The notes below the pieces were generated by a model. That model was given only the letters and a program-made list of their open reading frames with translations. It did no database searches and was not told where the DNA came from. From Octopus bimaculoides (Eukaryota), in NCBI RefSeq assembly GCF_001194135.2, contig NC_068985.1, forward strand, positions 86,814,056-86,849,994: a stretch of DNA of 35,939 bases. Reading direction: 5' to 3'. Both the position numbers and the translations under genes were made by a program. Below, piece after piece: positions 1-11,899 of the stretch (positions are counted from its first letter, which is position 1; each line of letters starts with the position of its first letter).

Positions 1-223
1 GGCACATAAAAGACACCATTTCGAGCGTGGCCGTTTTCGTGCGGGTGACACGTAAAAGCACCCACTACACTCTCTGAGTGGTTGGCGTTAGGAAGGGCAT
101 CCAGCTGTAGAAACTCTGCCAAATCAGACTGGAGCCTGGTGTTGCCATCCGGTTTCACCAGTCCTCAGTCAAATCGTCCAACCCATGCTAGCATGGAAAG
201 CGGACGTTAAACGATGATGATGA
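1..223 (+). mobile_element. SINE-like repeat family A, 3' part with (GAT)n tail
   Basis: Core ttggcgttaggaagggcatccagctgtagaaactctgcc..atgctagcatggaaagcggacgttaaacgatgatgat recurs several times in this window. Confidence 0.8.
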
Positions 224-614
224 TAGAGAGAGAGAGAGAGAGATAATTGTATGGAATACAATTATAATTAAGAGCACAGAAGCAACCATGCTTATATGCT
301 GAAAATAGACACCATGTATTTTACCCAATAGGTTAGGTTTTACATGCTGGCCATTGATAAAATTCATTAATTTTAATGATTTTATCCTTTAATTATGTTT
401 ATACACACACACACACACACACACATGCACACATATATAGATGGTAGTCACTGTCTGCTGTGTGTGTGTGTGTGTGTGTGTGCATGTGATGTAAAACTTT
501 TGGGTCTTGGATGCTATTTTCTCCCTCTCTTTCTTCTCCCTCTTTTTTTCTCTCTCTCTCCCTCTGTTTGTCTGCCTGTCTCTCTGTCTCTCTCTCTTTC
601 ACTCTCTCAAAGAA

Positions 615-920
615 AAGATCAGTTCCCAAACAGCTTTATTCTCTTCTCACTACAGACTGATTCTGTTCTTCCAGGTAATTCAAATCTATACATTTCATGA
701 AACCAGATTGCTGTTTTGGCTTAGAGAGGACATTAGCAAAATTCTCCCTTGTAGAGAAAACATGACTGTAAAAGGCAGGAATTTCTGATGATATTGGTCA
801 TTAATATGTCGAGGCCTTTGGTCATTGCTTCAAACCACTTCTACTCAGTCTGGCACTCAAGTCAACATTGATTTTCTATCAGATTACTCTGGAATGATTT
901 GTTTATTGTCATAGAACCAC
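615..920 (-). pseudogene. Exon remnant: stalk coiled-coil 2 into start of AAA5
   Basis: Acceptor TTCTCAG| at 921. One frame reads LIENQC*LECQTE*KWFEAMTKGLDILMTNIIRNSCLLQSCFLYKGEFC*CPL*AKTAIWFHEMYRFELP, matching dynein LI.GL..E..RW.E...L.GD.LL.AA.I.Y.G.F...R..L...W...L...IP. Four internal stops. Confidence 0.8.
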
Positions 921-984
921 CTGAGAATTTACAGGTCTTCTGTTACAGCTATATTGTGTAACACACTTCATGTATTTGGATGCC

Positions 985-996
985 ATATATATAAAT

Positions 997-1049
<53 letters not shown>

Positions 1050-1210
1050 TAAATATACATATATAAACATATATATACATATATATAACATATATATATA
1101 GATGTATATAATATATAATACATCTATATTTATTTATATATATATATAGAGAGAGATAAAGATACACATATACATATATACNNNNNNNNNNNNNNNNNNN
1201 NNNNNNNNNN

Positions 1211-1248
<38 letters not shown>

Positions 1249-1413
1249 TACACATATATCTACATGTGAAAATGTATATGGACACAAACACATATGCATA
1301 AACATTTGCATATATACACATACACATACATGTATATATATATATATATATAGATAGATAAATACATATATACACACACATATATATGTATATACACATA
1401 TACATACATATAC

Positions 1414-1460
<47 letters not shown>

Positions 1461-1690
1461 TCATATAATTATTCTCGTCATCATCATCATGATCCCCATC
1501 ATGATCATCATCACCACCATTGCCATCATTGTAGTCATCATCACCATCGTCATCTCCACCACCATCATTGCCATCATCATTAACATCATCATCATCACCA
1601 CCATCATCATAAAAGTCATCATCATTGTTGTTGNNNNNNNNNNATCACCACCATCATCATAAAAGTCATCATCATTGTTGTTGTTAAGTC
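985..1690. repeat. Compound (TA)n/(CA)n/(CAT)n microsatellite block with gaps; similar blocks occur throughout (e.g. 2875-3265, 3360-3480, 16180-16450, 19465-19750, 26215-26370, 31590-31830)
   Basis: Visible directly in the sequence. These blocks generate most ORFs in the supplied track. Confidence 0.95.
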
Positions 1691-2071
1691 GATTACATCA
1701 ACCCCAGTGCATAACTGGTACTTATTTTATCGACCCTCTGCATTATTTGACCTCAGAATGTACTGACGGACAAAACGCCACAAAGCATTCTACTGGGTCC
1801 TCCAACGATTTGGTATTAGCTGCATAAATGTCTTATGTATGTATATGTAGCGTGTGTGTGTGTGTATGTATAGGCTTTGTATGAACATATGAAGGTGTAT
1901 GTGTATGAATGTGTGTAATATTTGTGTGTGTGTGTGCATTTATGTATGTGTATTTTCCTGTTTTCCTCTTTTTTATTTAGAGTTAAATTTGACCAGCCGA
2001 CCTGGCTGGTAGCAAGATTGTGGTGGTGGTGGTGGTGACAGTGATGATGATGATGATGATGATAGTGGTGG

Positions 2072-2112
<41 letters not shown>

Positions 2113-2389
2113 TTGCTGTCTACTTTATTGGTCATCTTCTTTCACTTTCCATTTCCCAAATGCACTCACAAGGCTTTTTGAATGGCTCAGAGCTGTAGCC
2201 GAAGACAATTGCCCAGGGTCTGATGGAACTAAATCCAAATGTTCTTGAGGCACTGTACCATTTCCACCAACCAAATTCTGCCAAAATGCCGAAAGACCTT
2301 GGTCAACCCACAGCTACAATAGAAGACTCCTGCCCAAGGTGTCTCATGCTAAGATTGAACCTTAAGCCATGCGGATGAGAAGCAAATTT

Positions 2390-2580
2390 CTTAATCCTTT
2401 CCTTCAAGCAAAAACACCCAAGAATATTTGATCAGCTCATGTTGTACAGGCATTCCCTTGTCAGTTTTCCCTATCATGAATGCAATGAACCATGAAGGAG
2501 GCCATTGAGAACCTGTAACTAACCTCAACACTATTGCTCACGAAATACAATATAGAACTTTGAAACCATAAACACCAGCC
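2390..2580 (-). pseudogene. Possible exon remnant: microtubule-binding domain
   Basis: YCIS*AIVLRLVTGSQWPPSWFIAFMIG resembles MTBD V.EAV..LLG.KP.W..AK. Position between AAA4 and CC2 remnants fits. No clear acceptor. Confidence 0.4.
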
Positions 2581-2931
2581 AGAGAGGAAAAATAAAAATA
2601 ATAAAACACGCATAAAAATATAAAAGGTAAAATCTTTATCAAACTATATTCTGCTCTCATTAGATTTACCATGAAAATCAATTGGTTTTGAATATAGGTT
2701 GTTTAGTTTTATATAGTTTTTCTGAAATAATGAGCTGGAGTGAGAGTGTTGTTGGCAAACTACCAGAGTGACTCACACATCAAGACTCTTATTAATTTAA
2801 TACTACACTTGTTTCACCTGGAAACCTCCTGATCTGTGTGTGCACAAATTTCCTTCATAAAACAATTTTCAAATATATGTGTGTGTATACATACATACAT
2901 ATATATATATATATGTATGTATGTATGTATA

Positions 2932-2980
<49 letters not shown>

Positions 2981-3149
2981 GTATACATATATATAGNNNN
3001 NNNNNNNNNNNNNNNNNNNNNNNNNNNNNNNNNNNNNNNNNNNNNNNNNNNNNNNNNNNNNNNNNNNNNNNNNNNNNNNNNNNNNNNNNNNNNNNNNNNN
3101 NNNNNNNNNTACATACATATATATATATATATGTATGTATGTATGTATA

Positions 3150-3198
<49 letters not shown>

Positions 3199-3414
3199 GT
3201 ATACATATATATAGAGTGAAACATACATACATACACACACACACACACATATATGTATGTATGTATTTTCCTGTCTTATTGTGAGGTTTTGTAATATCTA
3301 AATTTATTTAAGTTCTAAATTACTGTTTTATGCATTATATACCTTGTCTTTGTCTTCGCTGTCATTGTCATTGTTGTCACCCTCCTCCTCCTCCTCCTCA
3401 TCATCATCATCATC

Positions 3415-3473
<59 letters not shown>

Positions 3474-3786
3474 TATCGTCAACAACATTTAATGCCTATT
3501 GGGTGTCTTGACAGAACCTGATAGGTACAAGAATTGCATCATGCTACCGGGTATGCTTTGGCATGGTTTTCCACAGCTGGATGTTCTTCTAACCACTTAC
3601 AGTGTATCCAGGGTGGGTGCTTTATACATACCACCAACACTGAGGCTGTCATATAGGTTACAAGACCATGAGCCCCAGAGAGGTGGGAGGTGAGATGCAC
3701 GGAGAGGGGAGAAGCAAAACATGTGTAGCTTTTTGAGAGATGAGGTCAAGAGCAAAACAAATTTCCTGCTGCAGAGGAGTCATATC

Positions 3787-4110
3787 ATCATCATCATCAT
3801 CATCATCGTTTAACGTCCGCTTTCCATGCTAGCATGGGTTGGACGATTTGACTGAGGACTGGTGAAACCGGATGGCAACACCAGGCTCCAGTCTAATTTG
3901 GCAGAGTTTCTACAGCTGGATGCCCTTCCTAACGCCAACCACTCAGAGAGTGTAGTGGGTGCTTTTACGTGTCACCCGCATGAAAACGACCACGCTCGAA
4001 ATGGTGTCTTTTATGTGCCACCCGCACAAGCCAGTCCAGGGGCACTGGCAACGATCTCGCTCGAAAATCCTACGGGAGCCAGTCAGGCGGTACTGGCAAC
4101 GGCCACGACG
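3787..4110 (-). mobile_element. SINE-like repeat family A copy
   Basis: Near-identical reverse complement of 1-223, with (CAT)n tail. Confidence 0.85.
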
Positions 4111-4599
4111 ACTCATATTTTAGAAGAGAGGGGGAGAGTAATTGAGTGGAGTCATAGATTCATGGTAGGGGAGAGTAGGAGATGACTGACACTGCTCTGC
4201 AGTAGAATAGCAATGATACAGCAGTAGACAGGAGAACGACATTAGAGGGTTGATGTTGCATACATTGCAGGAGTGGGTGATAAAGTAAGAGGCGGGTAAA
4301 GAAGGATGAAGGATGTATGAGATAGGGGAGGATAATAATTGAGTCATTGGTGGGTGGGGGGATCATTGAATGTTTGGTGAAGAGAGAAGCATTAATGGAA
4401 GAATGGTGAAACAGTTCTGTGTAGTAAGAAAAGTAAGTTGTGCTGAGAAAGGGCTGTGGCTAAGGCAAGTTGAGGAGGAATAAGAATTTGTAAAAGGCCT
4501 AGTTGTACATCTCTACACATACATAACTCAACCAGAACTCAAGCATTATGAAGGTAGATTATAGATTTTTACATCCAGGTGTAAGTTATTTCTTTACTG

Positions 4600-5400
4600 T
4601 GATGGCTTAAGATAATCTGACTCTCAGAGAAACAGTCAGGTGTTGTTTCCATTTTCCAAATATGCTATTTAAATACTTCTGCCAGCAATTTACATGTTTT
4701 TGCTGAATATTTCAACTAGAAGTTTAAAATTTTATCATTTCCTGATGTCTTTTAGCTGATCTTTTTCTGTGGGGTGGGGTTGTTCTGCTTAGGTTTCTTC
4801 TTCAATTCAGATGGCCATTTACAATTGTTCATATGCAGGACTTGATGTTTTGAATAATCACGTTCATACCGATCCCTTCACAGACCATATTCCTCCCAAC
4901 AATTCTCCTTGCTTTGTTGTTGTCACTGCATTGATTTCTATTTTATTTTTACCTAGTTCTGGATAAAATTGTTTTGGATTGCAAGTGAACTCTTTGTTTT
5001 GTTCAAAGAATTGAGGTTGCTTTTCATAGCAATAGAATTTGTCGATTCAGAGAAAATCTCTTGTTCCAGGCGTTCTTTGATTTCAGCTACTTTTTTGTGT
5101 CGCATTATATTCCTCTAATATTTGCTGTCCCTTTTGTTTTATCATTTGCATCTTTTCTTTATTAATTTCATTAACAACTAAAAGATCTTTTCCATCATTT
5201 TGCTATCATTTTCTGCAGGTTTGTTAACCATGTTTCCTTTGTAAATACTGTGGCAACTGCATAGGTTATTTGGTTTACACTGGTGATATTGATGTTCATG
5301 CCTGTTTTTATTGTTGTTGCTACTTTATCATGAAGTATTAACTTTTTTAAAGGATTTCGCTGGTCCACAGCAAGATTTTCAATCGATTTTAGTTCTTTAA
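4600..5400 (-). mobile_element. R4/Dong-clade non-LTR retrotransposon fragment, degenerate
   Basis: NITSVNQITYAVATVF..WKR..FFEQNKEFTCNPKQFYPELGK..GGIW..ETTPDCFSESQIIL resembles the pre-RT and RT start of R4/Dong ORFs. Stops and frameshifts. Confidence 0.6.
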
Positions 5401-5769
5401 CTATTTCTACCTTGAGATTATTGCTGTATTCATGATTTCCATCTTTAGAATTTTCTATTCTTAATACTTTTTCATATTCCCCTTTATTTCACAAGCAAAC
5501 TATTTTCTTTTTCATTTGCAAAGAAACAAAATAGCTTCTTCAAGTAGGAACGCCCTCAAAAAAGTTTTCAACCAGAAAGAACAAATTTTCATGGTGTTAA
5601 ACAAAAAAGAAAAAGAGACAAAAAGGAAAAAAATGAACAACATATTTGTAATAAGGCACACACATTCCGACAAAAGAAACAGTGATATTTCTGCAGACAG
5701 CAATGTTAGCGAGAACGTTTTCAGTGACAATTTTGGCAATAATACCAAGAAAAGCTACATCAAAAACTC

Positions 5770-6582
5770 ACATACATTTTGTTGAGCAAACATGTTTATG
5801 TCAATGGAAGTAGTTCCACTGTTGTTGCTAGAGTAAGGCTATTCTGGACATAAATCAGATTCAGTCAGAGTAAAACGCTTGGCAGTCTTTATCACAAAAG
5901 ACACTGATTCCATACTTAAAAAATTTATCCAAGAAAGGGCAATGAGAAAACTAGCATTCTTTGTCTCAAGAAAGTAAAAACGCTTTCAGTGATCCTTAAA
6001 TGACCAATTAAAAGAAAAGCTTTTGTTGATATACGGGGCTGTCTGTGTTTCATTGAGCTTGGTTGGGGATTCAGAAATATCTGCCATTCTTCAGCTTCGA
6101 GGGTGAAGCAAAAAGTATTAAATTGGTGCATCACACATCATCTCATTATCTCATATCACAATTTAAGGGTCACAAGTCATGTCTATTGAATGTTGTATTG
6201 ACACTGCGATGTTGCTTCTTTAACTGTACAATCTAGAGAGATGACAAGGACAGAAGGGACAAGAAAGGATAACCAAACAGCTATTCCAAAGTTGTGCTTT
6301 GTGACATATGGAGAATGAACAAAAAAATTGGCATTGCAGAGCAGAACAGAAAGCCATGCTGTTTGTTTTGTGGAAGTAAATCTCTTGAGGACTTTATCAA
6401 TCTCCTTAATTTAGTTACAAACATAAAAACAGAAAATTTAAATGGCTGTAAAATAAAAACATATTTAGTTGTTGATGAATGTTAATAAAGCAGAGATGGT
6501 GCCATCCAATCACTCTTTCTTTAAGTACCTATGGTGAGGTTGTTTATTCGCCATGACAGACGTTTCTAAGTATCTCTTCAAT
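5770..6582 (-). pseudogene. Exon remnant: AAA4 C-terminal part into stalk CC1
   Basis: IEEILRNV..VLKERVIGWHHLCFI (cf. RV..NLH.VLC) and QLWNSCLVILSCPFCPCHLSRL (cf. L.NCC.I.WF..WP..AL) share one frame. After a frameshift, RQPRISTKAFLLI (cf. R..YVTPKSYLELI). Candidate donor GTGAGT near 5770. Multiple stops. Confidence 0.65.
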
Positions 6583-6713
6583 CTATCTTGCATTTGTTTC
6601 AGCTATTACACTGTAGCTGTGCTGAGGCAATGCCTTGAAGAATCTTTCAGTCAAAGGAATTCATCCCAATATTTAAATGTCTGAAGCCTGGTATTCATTT
6701 TACATTTTTGCTG

Positions 6714-6978
6714 AGCTGCTAATTTCTGGGGGCGGGGGACGTAAACACACCAACACCTGTTTCTTAGTGGTGGTGTGGGACAAACACAAATGCAAAGATA
6801 CACATACACACACGCATGCGTGCGCACACATACACACACACACACAACAGGCTTTTCCCAAATCTACTCCTAGGGCTTTGGTTGACTTGAGGCTACAACA
6901 GTAGATCCTTGCCTAAGGTACCATGCAGTGGGACTGAACCCAGAACCATATACTTGGGAAGCAATCTAATTACCACAC
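6714..6978 (-). mobile_element. tRNA-derived SINE family B, degenerate copy
   Basis: gacgtaaacacaccaac..gcctaaggtaccatgcagtgggactgaacccagaacc..taccacaca. Confidence 0.65.
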
Positions 6979-7876
6979 AATAAATTTACAGATACAGTGT
7001 TAACCTGCAATGTATTTAATCAACAATCCTATAATTCCTGAATTAATTGGAGTTTATTTCCATAGTTGCTTAACTTTCTTAAAATAGAACCGTTTTAACT
7101 CCTGTTGTTCACGAATACAAATATGATGACAGGGAATAAAATATTTATCAATGGATTGATAAAGCATGTATCCATGTTACTGGGCCCACTTTCTCTTCAT
7201 AGCCAACACATTAAGTACTTAAATACTTAATTTAATACTTAAATACTTAATTTAATACTTAAATTGATTAATTTAATACATTAATTTCTCAACTTAGAGA
7301 ATATATTTAATACTTAAATATTTAATTCAATGCCTAAATTCCTCAGCTTAAAGAATATATTATTCTGCCTATTTTAGAGACCGTTATATATGCATAAATG
7401 TATATATATATGAGCACACACACACACACATACACATATTTATCTAAAAATATGGTTCATAATTAAACAAAAGAATATATATATATATTCCAAGAGAGTT
7501 AGAGGTTGTGAATCCAACCAAATAAGGGATAATATCTATCCAATATACCGCTGGTAGAAAACCCAATTATTAATACACAAGTGTTTTTTCATTGCATGGC
7601 AATTACATTACCAAGTGTAATAAATGGATGAGGGTAAAAAGTTATTTTACCCTTAATTTATATAGCAACAAGAAAATGGAGGGGATCAAGAGGTGGTATT
7701 CATCAACTTTTAGACATTATTTTATGTCTATTTGTATATTTTTAAAAAAGACAATTATAGCAATATACATACATGTATAACAGATTATGCTTTACATATA
7801 TAATATATAAAATATAAAAATACCAGTAATTATTAAAATATATAACATAGAGAATAGAAAGTAGGAAAAATCTTAC

Positions 7877-7958
7877 AACTGTTTCAGCTTCGTCTCTCTC
7901 ACAAAGCCCAGGGACACATCCAAGTACCTTAATCTTATCTACCAAATACTTCAGTTCA
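7877..7958 (-). pseudogene. Exon remnant: AAA4, still open with canonical splice sites
   Basis: ctacttttatccctccag| 82-nt exon |gtaaga. Encodes ELKYLVDKIKVLGCVPGLCERDEAETV, resembling AAA4 FLE.IN..L..GEVP.LF..DE.E.I. Confidence 0.75.
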
Positions 7959-7983
7959 CTGGAGGGATAAAAGTAGGATGGGG

Positions 7984-8160
7984 TACCAACCACTCAGCAG
8001 AGTGGACTTTGTGCATTTTACGTGACACAAGCACAGGTGAAGTCACTTTTGGCTAGGTTTTTACAGCTGGATGACTTTCCGAACACCAACCACTCAGCAG
8101 AGTGGACTGGGTGCTTTTAAGTGGCACCTGCATTGACAGGGTCACCAAGTGCTTGTAAGA
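7984..8160 (-). mobile_element. SINE-like repeat family A, degenerate copy with internal duplication
   Basis: acagctggatga..ccaaccactcagcagagtggact core. The accaaccactcagcagagtggact segment occurs twice. Confidence 0.6.
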
Positions 8161-8269
8161 CACACTTTCAAGAGGAGAGGAGGCATTGGAGGAGGTGATG
8201 ATGAAAAGGAAGTTATAGGGAGAAAGATACAGGTGTCTTGCTAGAGAGGAAGTACAAGGTTACCTGGCC

Positions 8270-8338
<69 letters not shown>

Positions 8339-8572
8339 GGAGGAGAGAGATCACGAATGAAGACAGAAACAGGTGTGCTACCATAAAGAAAATACATGGT
8401 TGCCCAGCCTGAGTGAAGTGCAGGAGAAAGAGAGAAAGAGTGGTAGACTGCAGGATGGAGATGGTGGAAAAATGCTGGGCATGCTTAGAAGGAATGGGGA
8501 TCAGAGAATAAATGAGATAGTTGAGTAAAGGAAGAGAGAGATATAGATAGTGACAAGTGCCAGGGCATACCC

Positions 8573-8784
8573 TTAGGTTTAAAAAAAGGGTTAAAAGTTT
8601 GTGTTAAGCAGGAAATGTGGTGTCAAAACAGGAAGTATGTGTAAGGGGAGACAAATGTTTTTAGTTGGAGTTATGAACTCTTTTTTTCAACAGGAAGAGT
8701 TCATAACTCCAACTAAAAACATTTGTCTCCCCTTACACACACTTCCTGCTTAACACAAATTTTTAACCCTTATTTTAAACCTAA
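8573..8784. repeat. Fold-back inverted repeat
   Basis: Arms ~8573-8682 and ~8695-8784 are reverse complements. The left arm has an extra 20 bp. Confidence 0.85.
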
Positions 8785-9111
8785 CACAACTCTCAATTCT
8801 CATTTTTCCAACCATTATATACATGAACTACCATTGAACTTCAAAGGCTCAAAGACAATATAATGTATTGGAATATTTATTTTTTTATATATTATTTTTT
8901 TTATATATTATTTTCTTCATTTTGTACTTTTTTGTAAAAAACATTTTCATTCTCCCTCTTCTTGAAAATTTGGTTCGCAATGAAAACCGGTTAGANNNNN
9001 NNNNNNNNNNNNNNNNNNNNNNNNNNNNNNNNNNNNNNNNNNNNNNNNNNNNNNNNNNNNNNNNNNNNNNNNNNNNNNNNNNNNNNNNNNNNNNNNNNNN
9101 NNNNNNNNNNN

Positions 9112-9160
<49 letters not shown>

Positions 9161-9194
9161 GTATGTATATTATTTATTTAAAGGGCACAATACA

Positions 9195-9330
9195 TGTCAG
9201 AGATCTGTTTTAAGCAGGAACTATTCTTTACAGTTAGAAATAACTTCATCTGAAGATCTAATTTATGTAATGACATGATTGGAATGTGGGGAGCATTACA
9301 TTGGAAAAACAAAAAATGCTTTACATCAAT
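9195..9330 (+). mobile_element. Penelope-like GIY-YIG endonuclease fragment
   Basis: TSSEDLIYVMT*LECGEHYIGKTKNALHQ matches S.N.IY.I.C..C...YIG.T...L..R. Confidence 0.7.
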
Positions 9331-9454
9331 TAATTTATTTCAATTTTCATTTCCATTTTATTCCCGCATGAAGAGGTTGTTTTAAACGACTGAAATAGGT
9401 ACATATATCGTTTCTATTTGCCAAGACAAAGTTCTCTCTTTTTCATTACATTTA

Positions 9455-9670
9455 TAAAGGCCGCAAGCTGACAGAACCATTAGCAGACAGGGCGAAATCA
9501 TGCTTAGCAGTATTTTGTCCATCTTTATATTCTGAGTTCAAATTCTGTTCAGGTTGACTGTGCCTTTCATCTTTCAGGGTTGATAGAATAAGTACCAGTT
9601 GTACACTGGGGTCGATATGATTGATTTACCCCTCCTCTGAACTTGTGGGCCTTGTACCAAAATTTGAAGC
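9455..9670 (+). mobile_element. SINE fragment with conserved central domain
   Basis: gcctttcatctttcagggttgatagaataagtaccagtt..ctggggtcgat. The same motif recurs at ~22520-22640 (+), ~29055-29190 (+) and ~1685-1790 (-). Resembles, from memory, the Nin/Meta-type SINE domains. Confidence 0.6.
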
Positions 9671-9779
9671 CATTATATATATATATATGCATATTTGTGT
9701 GTCTGTCTGTGCATGTGTGTATATATTATATATGCATGCATACACATATTATTTACATATATATATACATATATGTTTA

Positions 9780-9965
9780 ATGATTTTGAATATTGGATCT
9801 TGAGGCACATCACATAAACCTATAAATAATAACAGGTGAAAACTCTTCTGGATCGAAAAAGCCTTTAACATTTTCTATCAAAGGCGTTTTTCAACCCAAT
9901 ATTCTAATGCTATTATTTTGTGAAGTGCCTGGAATCCAAATTTCAAAAAGAGAATTTTCCACCTT
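9780..9965 (-). pseudogene. Possible exon remnant: start of AAA4
   Basis: LFLKFGFQALHKIIALEYWVEKRL**KMLKAFSIQKSFHLLLFIG resembles LVLF..AL.H..RI.R.L..P.GH.LLVG. P-loop absent. Confidence 0.45.
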
Positions 9966-10381
9966 CTCTCAAAGTTTATACATTCTCATCTATAAAAGCT
10001 TGTGTGTGTGCATGCGTAGTTTGCTATGAAATTTATTGGACATTTGAACTTTCATCGTTTCTTGCTGTGAAACTTATTGAACACTTAAATTTTCCTCATG
10101 TAATTTTGCTATGAAATCTATTGAACATTTTGATGTTTTTCAACTTGTTTTATCACCGTGGAATGGTCTCTTGGGCATTCTCTGTCCTTTTAAACTATAA
10201 GTTTTTTTTTAAATATTATATTTACCATTGGAAAATAAAAAATGCCAGAAAATGTTGAAACTGGTATTTTAATTAATTTTTAAAAAATAATTTAAAGAAA
10301 CTGCTTTTCATTATAAAACCCTGGTGCATTTTCAACTCCAAAATCAAGTCTCACACACAGACGCACTCACACACATACATA

Positions 10382-10422
<41 letters not shown>

Positions 10423-10629
10423 GCACACATGATGGCTGTCCACTTGTGACCAAAGAATTACTGACCTTTAGGAACACTGTGCACTCAAGACTAGCTTATA
10501 CTTTACACTTGCGGCTCCGTTGGTGACAATGTTTGCAGTTGACAACCATACACAACTCCAAACAATGCAGACCAAGCTTTCCCCATTCATTACACTAGCA
10601 ATGTATTTTCAAGCAGCATGCTTAAATAT

Positions 10630-11140
10630 TTCTTTAAGAAAACATGCTCTTCCAAAGGTACCAGTTACCTCCTTTACCTGTTTCCTCCATCCATGATGAT
10701 GACATGCATTGCTCTCCCAATCAGCCTCCCACATTTCACAGGCCTTTAATTAAGACTTTACACGGTCCTTAAATCGCAGTCTTGGCTTTGGTCGGGGTCA
10801 TTTTCCACTAACAAGTTCCCCATAGAGCATGTGTTTAGGGATCCTGCTATCATTTATTTTAACAAGGTGTCCAGTCCAATGTAACCAGTGCTTGTGCACC
10901 ATCACCTCAATACTCAGGATATCTGATTTCCTCAGGACCTGTGTACCTGAAGCTTTTAAGGTCCAGCCAACATTTAGAATGCATCTCAGACATCTCTGAT
11001 GGAAACGTTCAAGGACTTTTACCTGAAGTTTGTAAAGGGTCCATGTCTGACACGAGTGAAAGAGTGACATCAGTACACATGCACGGTACACAGTAAATTT
11101 TGTTCGCCTTGTAATGCCATATTGGGACTAGACATGAGAC
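10630..11140 (-). mobile_element. RTE-clade LINE ORF2 C-terminal fragment
   Basis: VYRACVLMSLFHSCQTWTLY..LERFHQRCLRCILNVGW..LHWTGHLVKINDSRIPKHMLYGELVSGK*PRPKPRLRFKD..DWE..WR is a typical RTE 3' end. Confidence 0.85.
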
Positions 11141-11613
11141 TGACCATGCTACAGTCTGACAATGCAACAGTATGACCATGCAACAGGTTGTACTGGGTTC
11201 CATTTTACCAGTAGCACTTATGAGAGCCTCACAAGTGACCTGACATACATACACACACACATACATACATACATACATATATATATATATACATACAAAC
11301 ATGCATACATACATACATACATACAAAAATACCCTGTTGTTGATGTTGAAATTCCAATAGAGGAATCTTAGATCAAGGTTAGAAACTGGTTCTTTCTCTA
11401 TTGGCAATAAATCTTGAAATAAACTGAATAATGACATACATACATGCATGTATACATGCATGCATACATACATAAATAGACACATATATGCATGTATGCA
11501 TACATGCATGCATGCATACATACATATATACATGTATATACATGTAGAGTAAGCTTAAGTGCATTTGTTTAAACCCCTGTAAGTTTATCCTAAATTCCTG
11601 CTCCTTGCAATGT

Positions 11614-11892
11614 TGTGGGGTCCTTTTAATAATTAATCAATTCACATTGCTAATGTTTAAACTTGTATGCAAATTAGAGAAACCAATTTGGTTCTGGTTG
11701 GGTTTATGTGTCTACCATAAATAACGGAGTTGTGTCGACGCCCCCAGGCGAAGAAGTAGGATCTCCCAAGACATATAAATAGAGGTAGTCAGGCTGTGGT
11801 TGGTGTGTTGAGTAGCAGTCGAGTAGCAGTTTTGTAGTGGTTGAGTAGAGATCATCTGAAGGTACTAGATAGCAGTAGCTTGAGATATAACA
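11614..11892 (+). mobile_element. Probable solo LTR
   Basis: TG..CA termini (tgtgggg..tataaca), flanking 5-mers aatgt/aatgg, internal tataaata at 11774-11781. Confidence 0.4.
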
Positions 11893-11899
11893 AATGGTC

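Noticed and set aside
5516-6485. Plus-strand ORFs first considered as a piggyBac-like or other transposase remnant
   Set aside because: No DDE/DDD motifs or TIRs. The opposite strand is better explained by AAA4/stalk remnants.
10020-10140. Three ~40-bp degenerate direct repeats, and the 60-bp repeats at 28618-28800, as a CRISPR-like array
   Set aside because: No unique spacers, no cas genes and a eukaryotic context. They are ordinary minisatellites.
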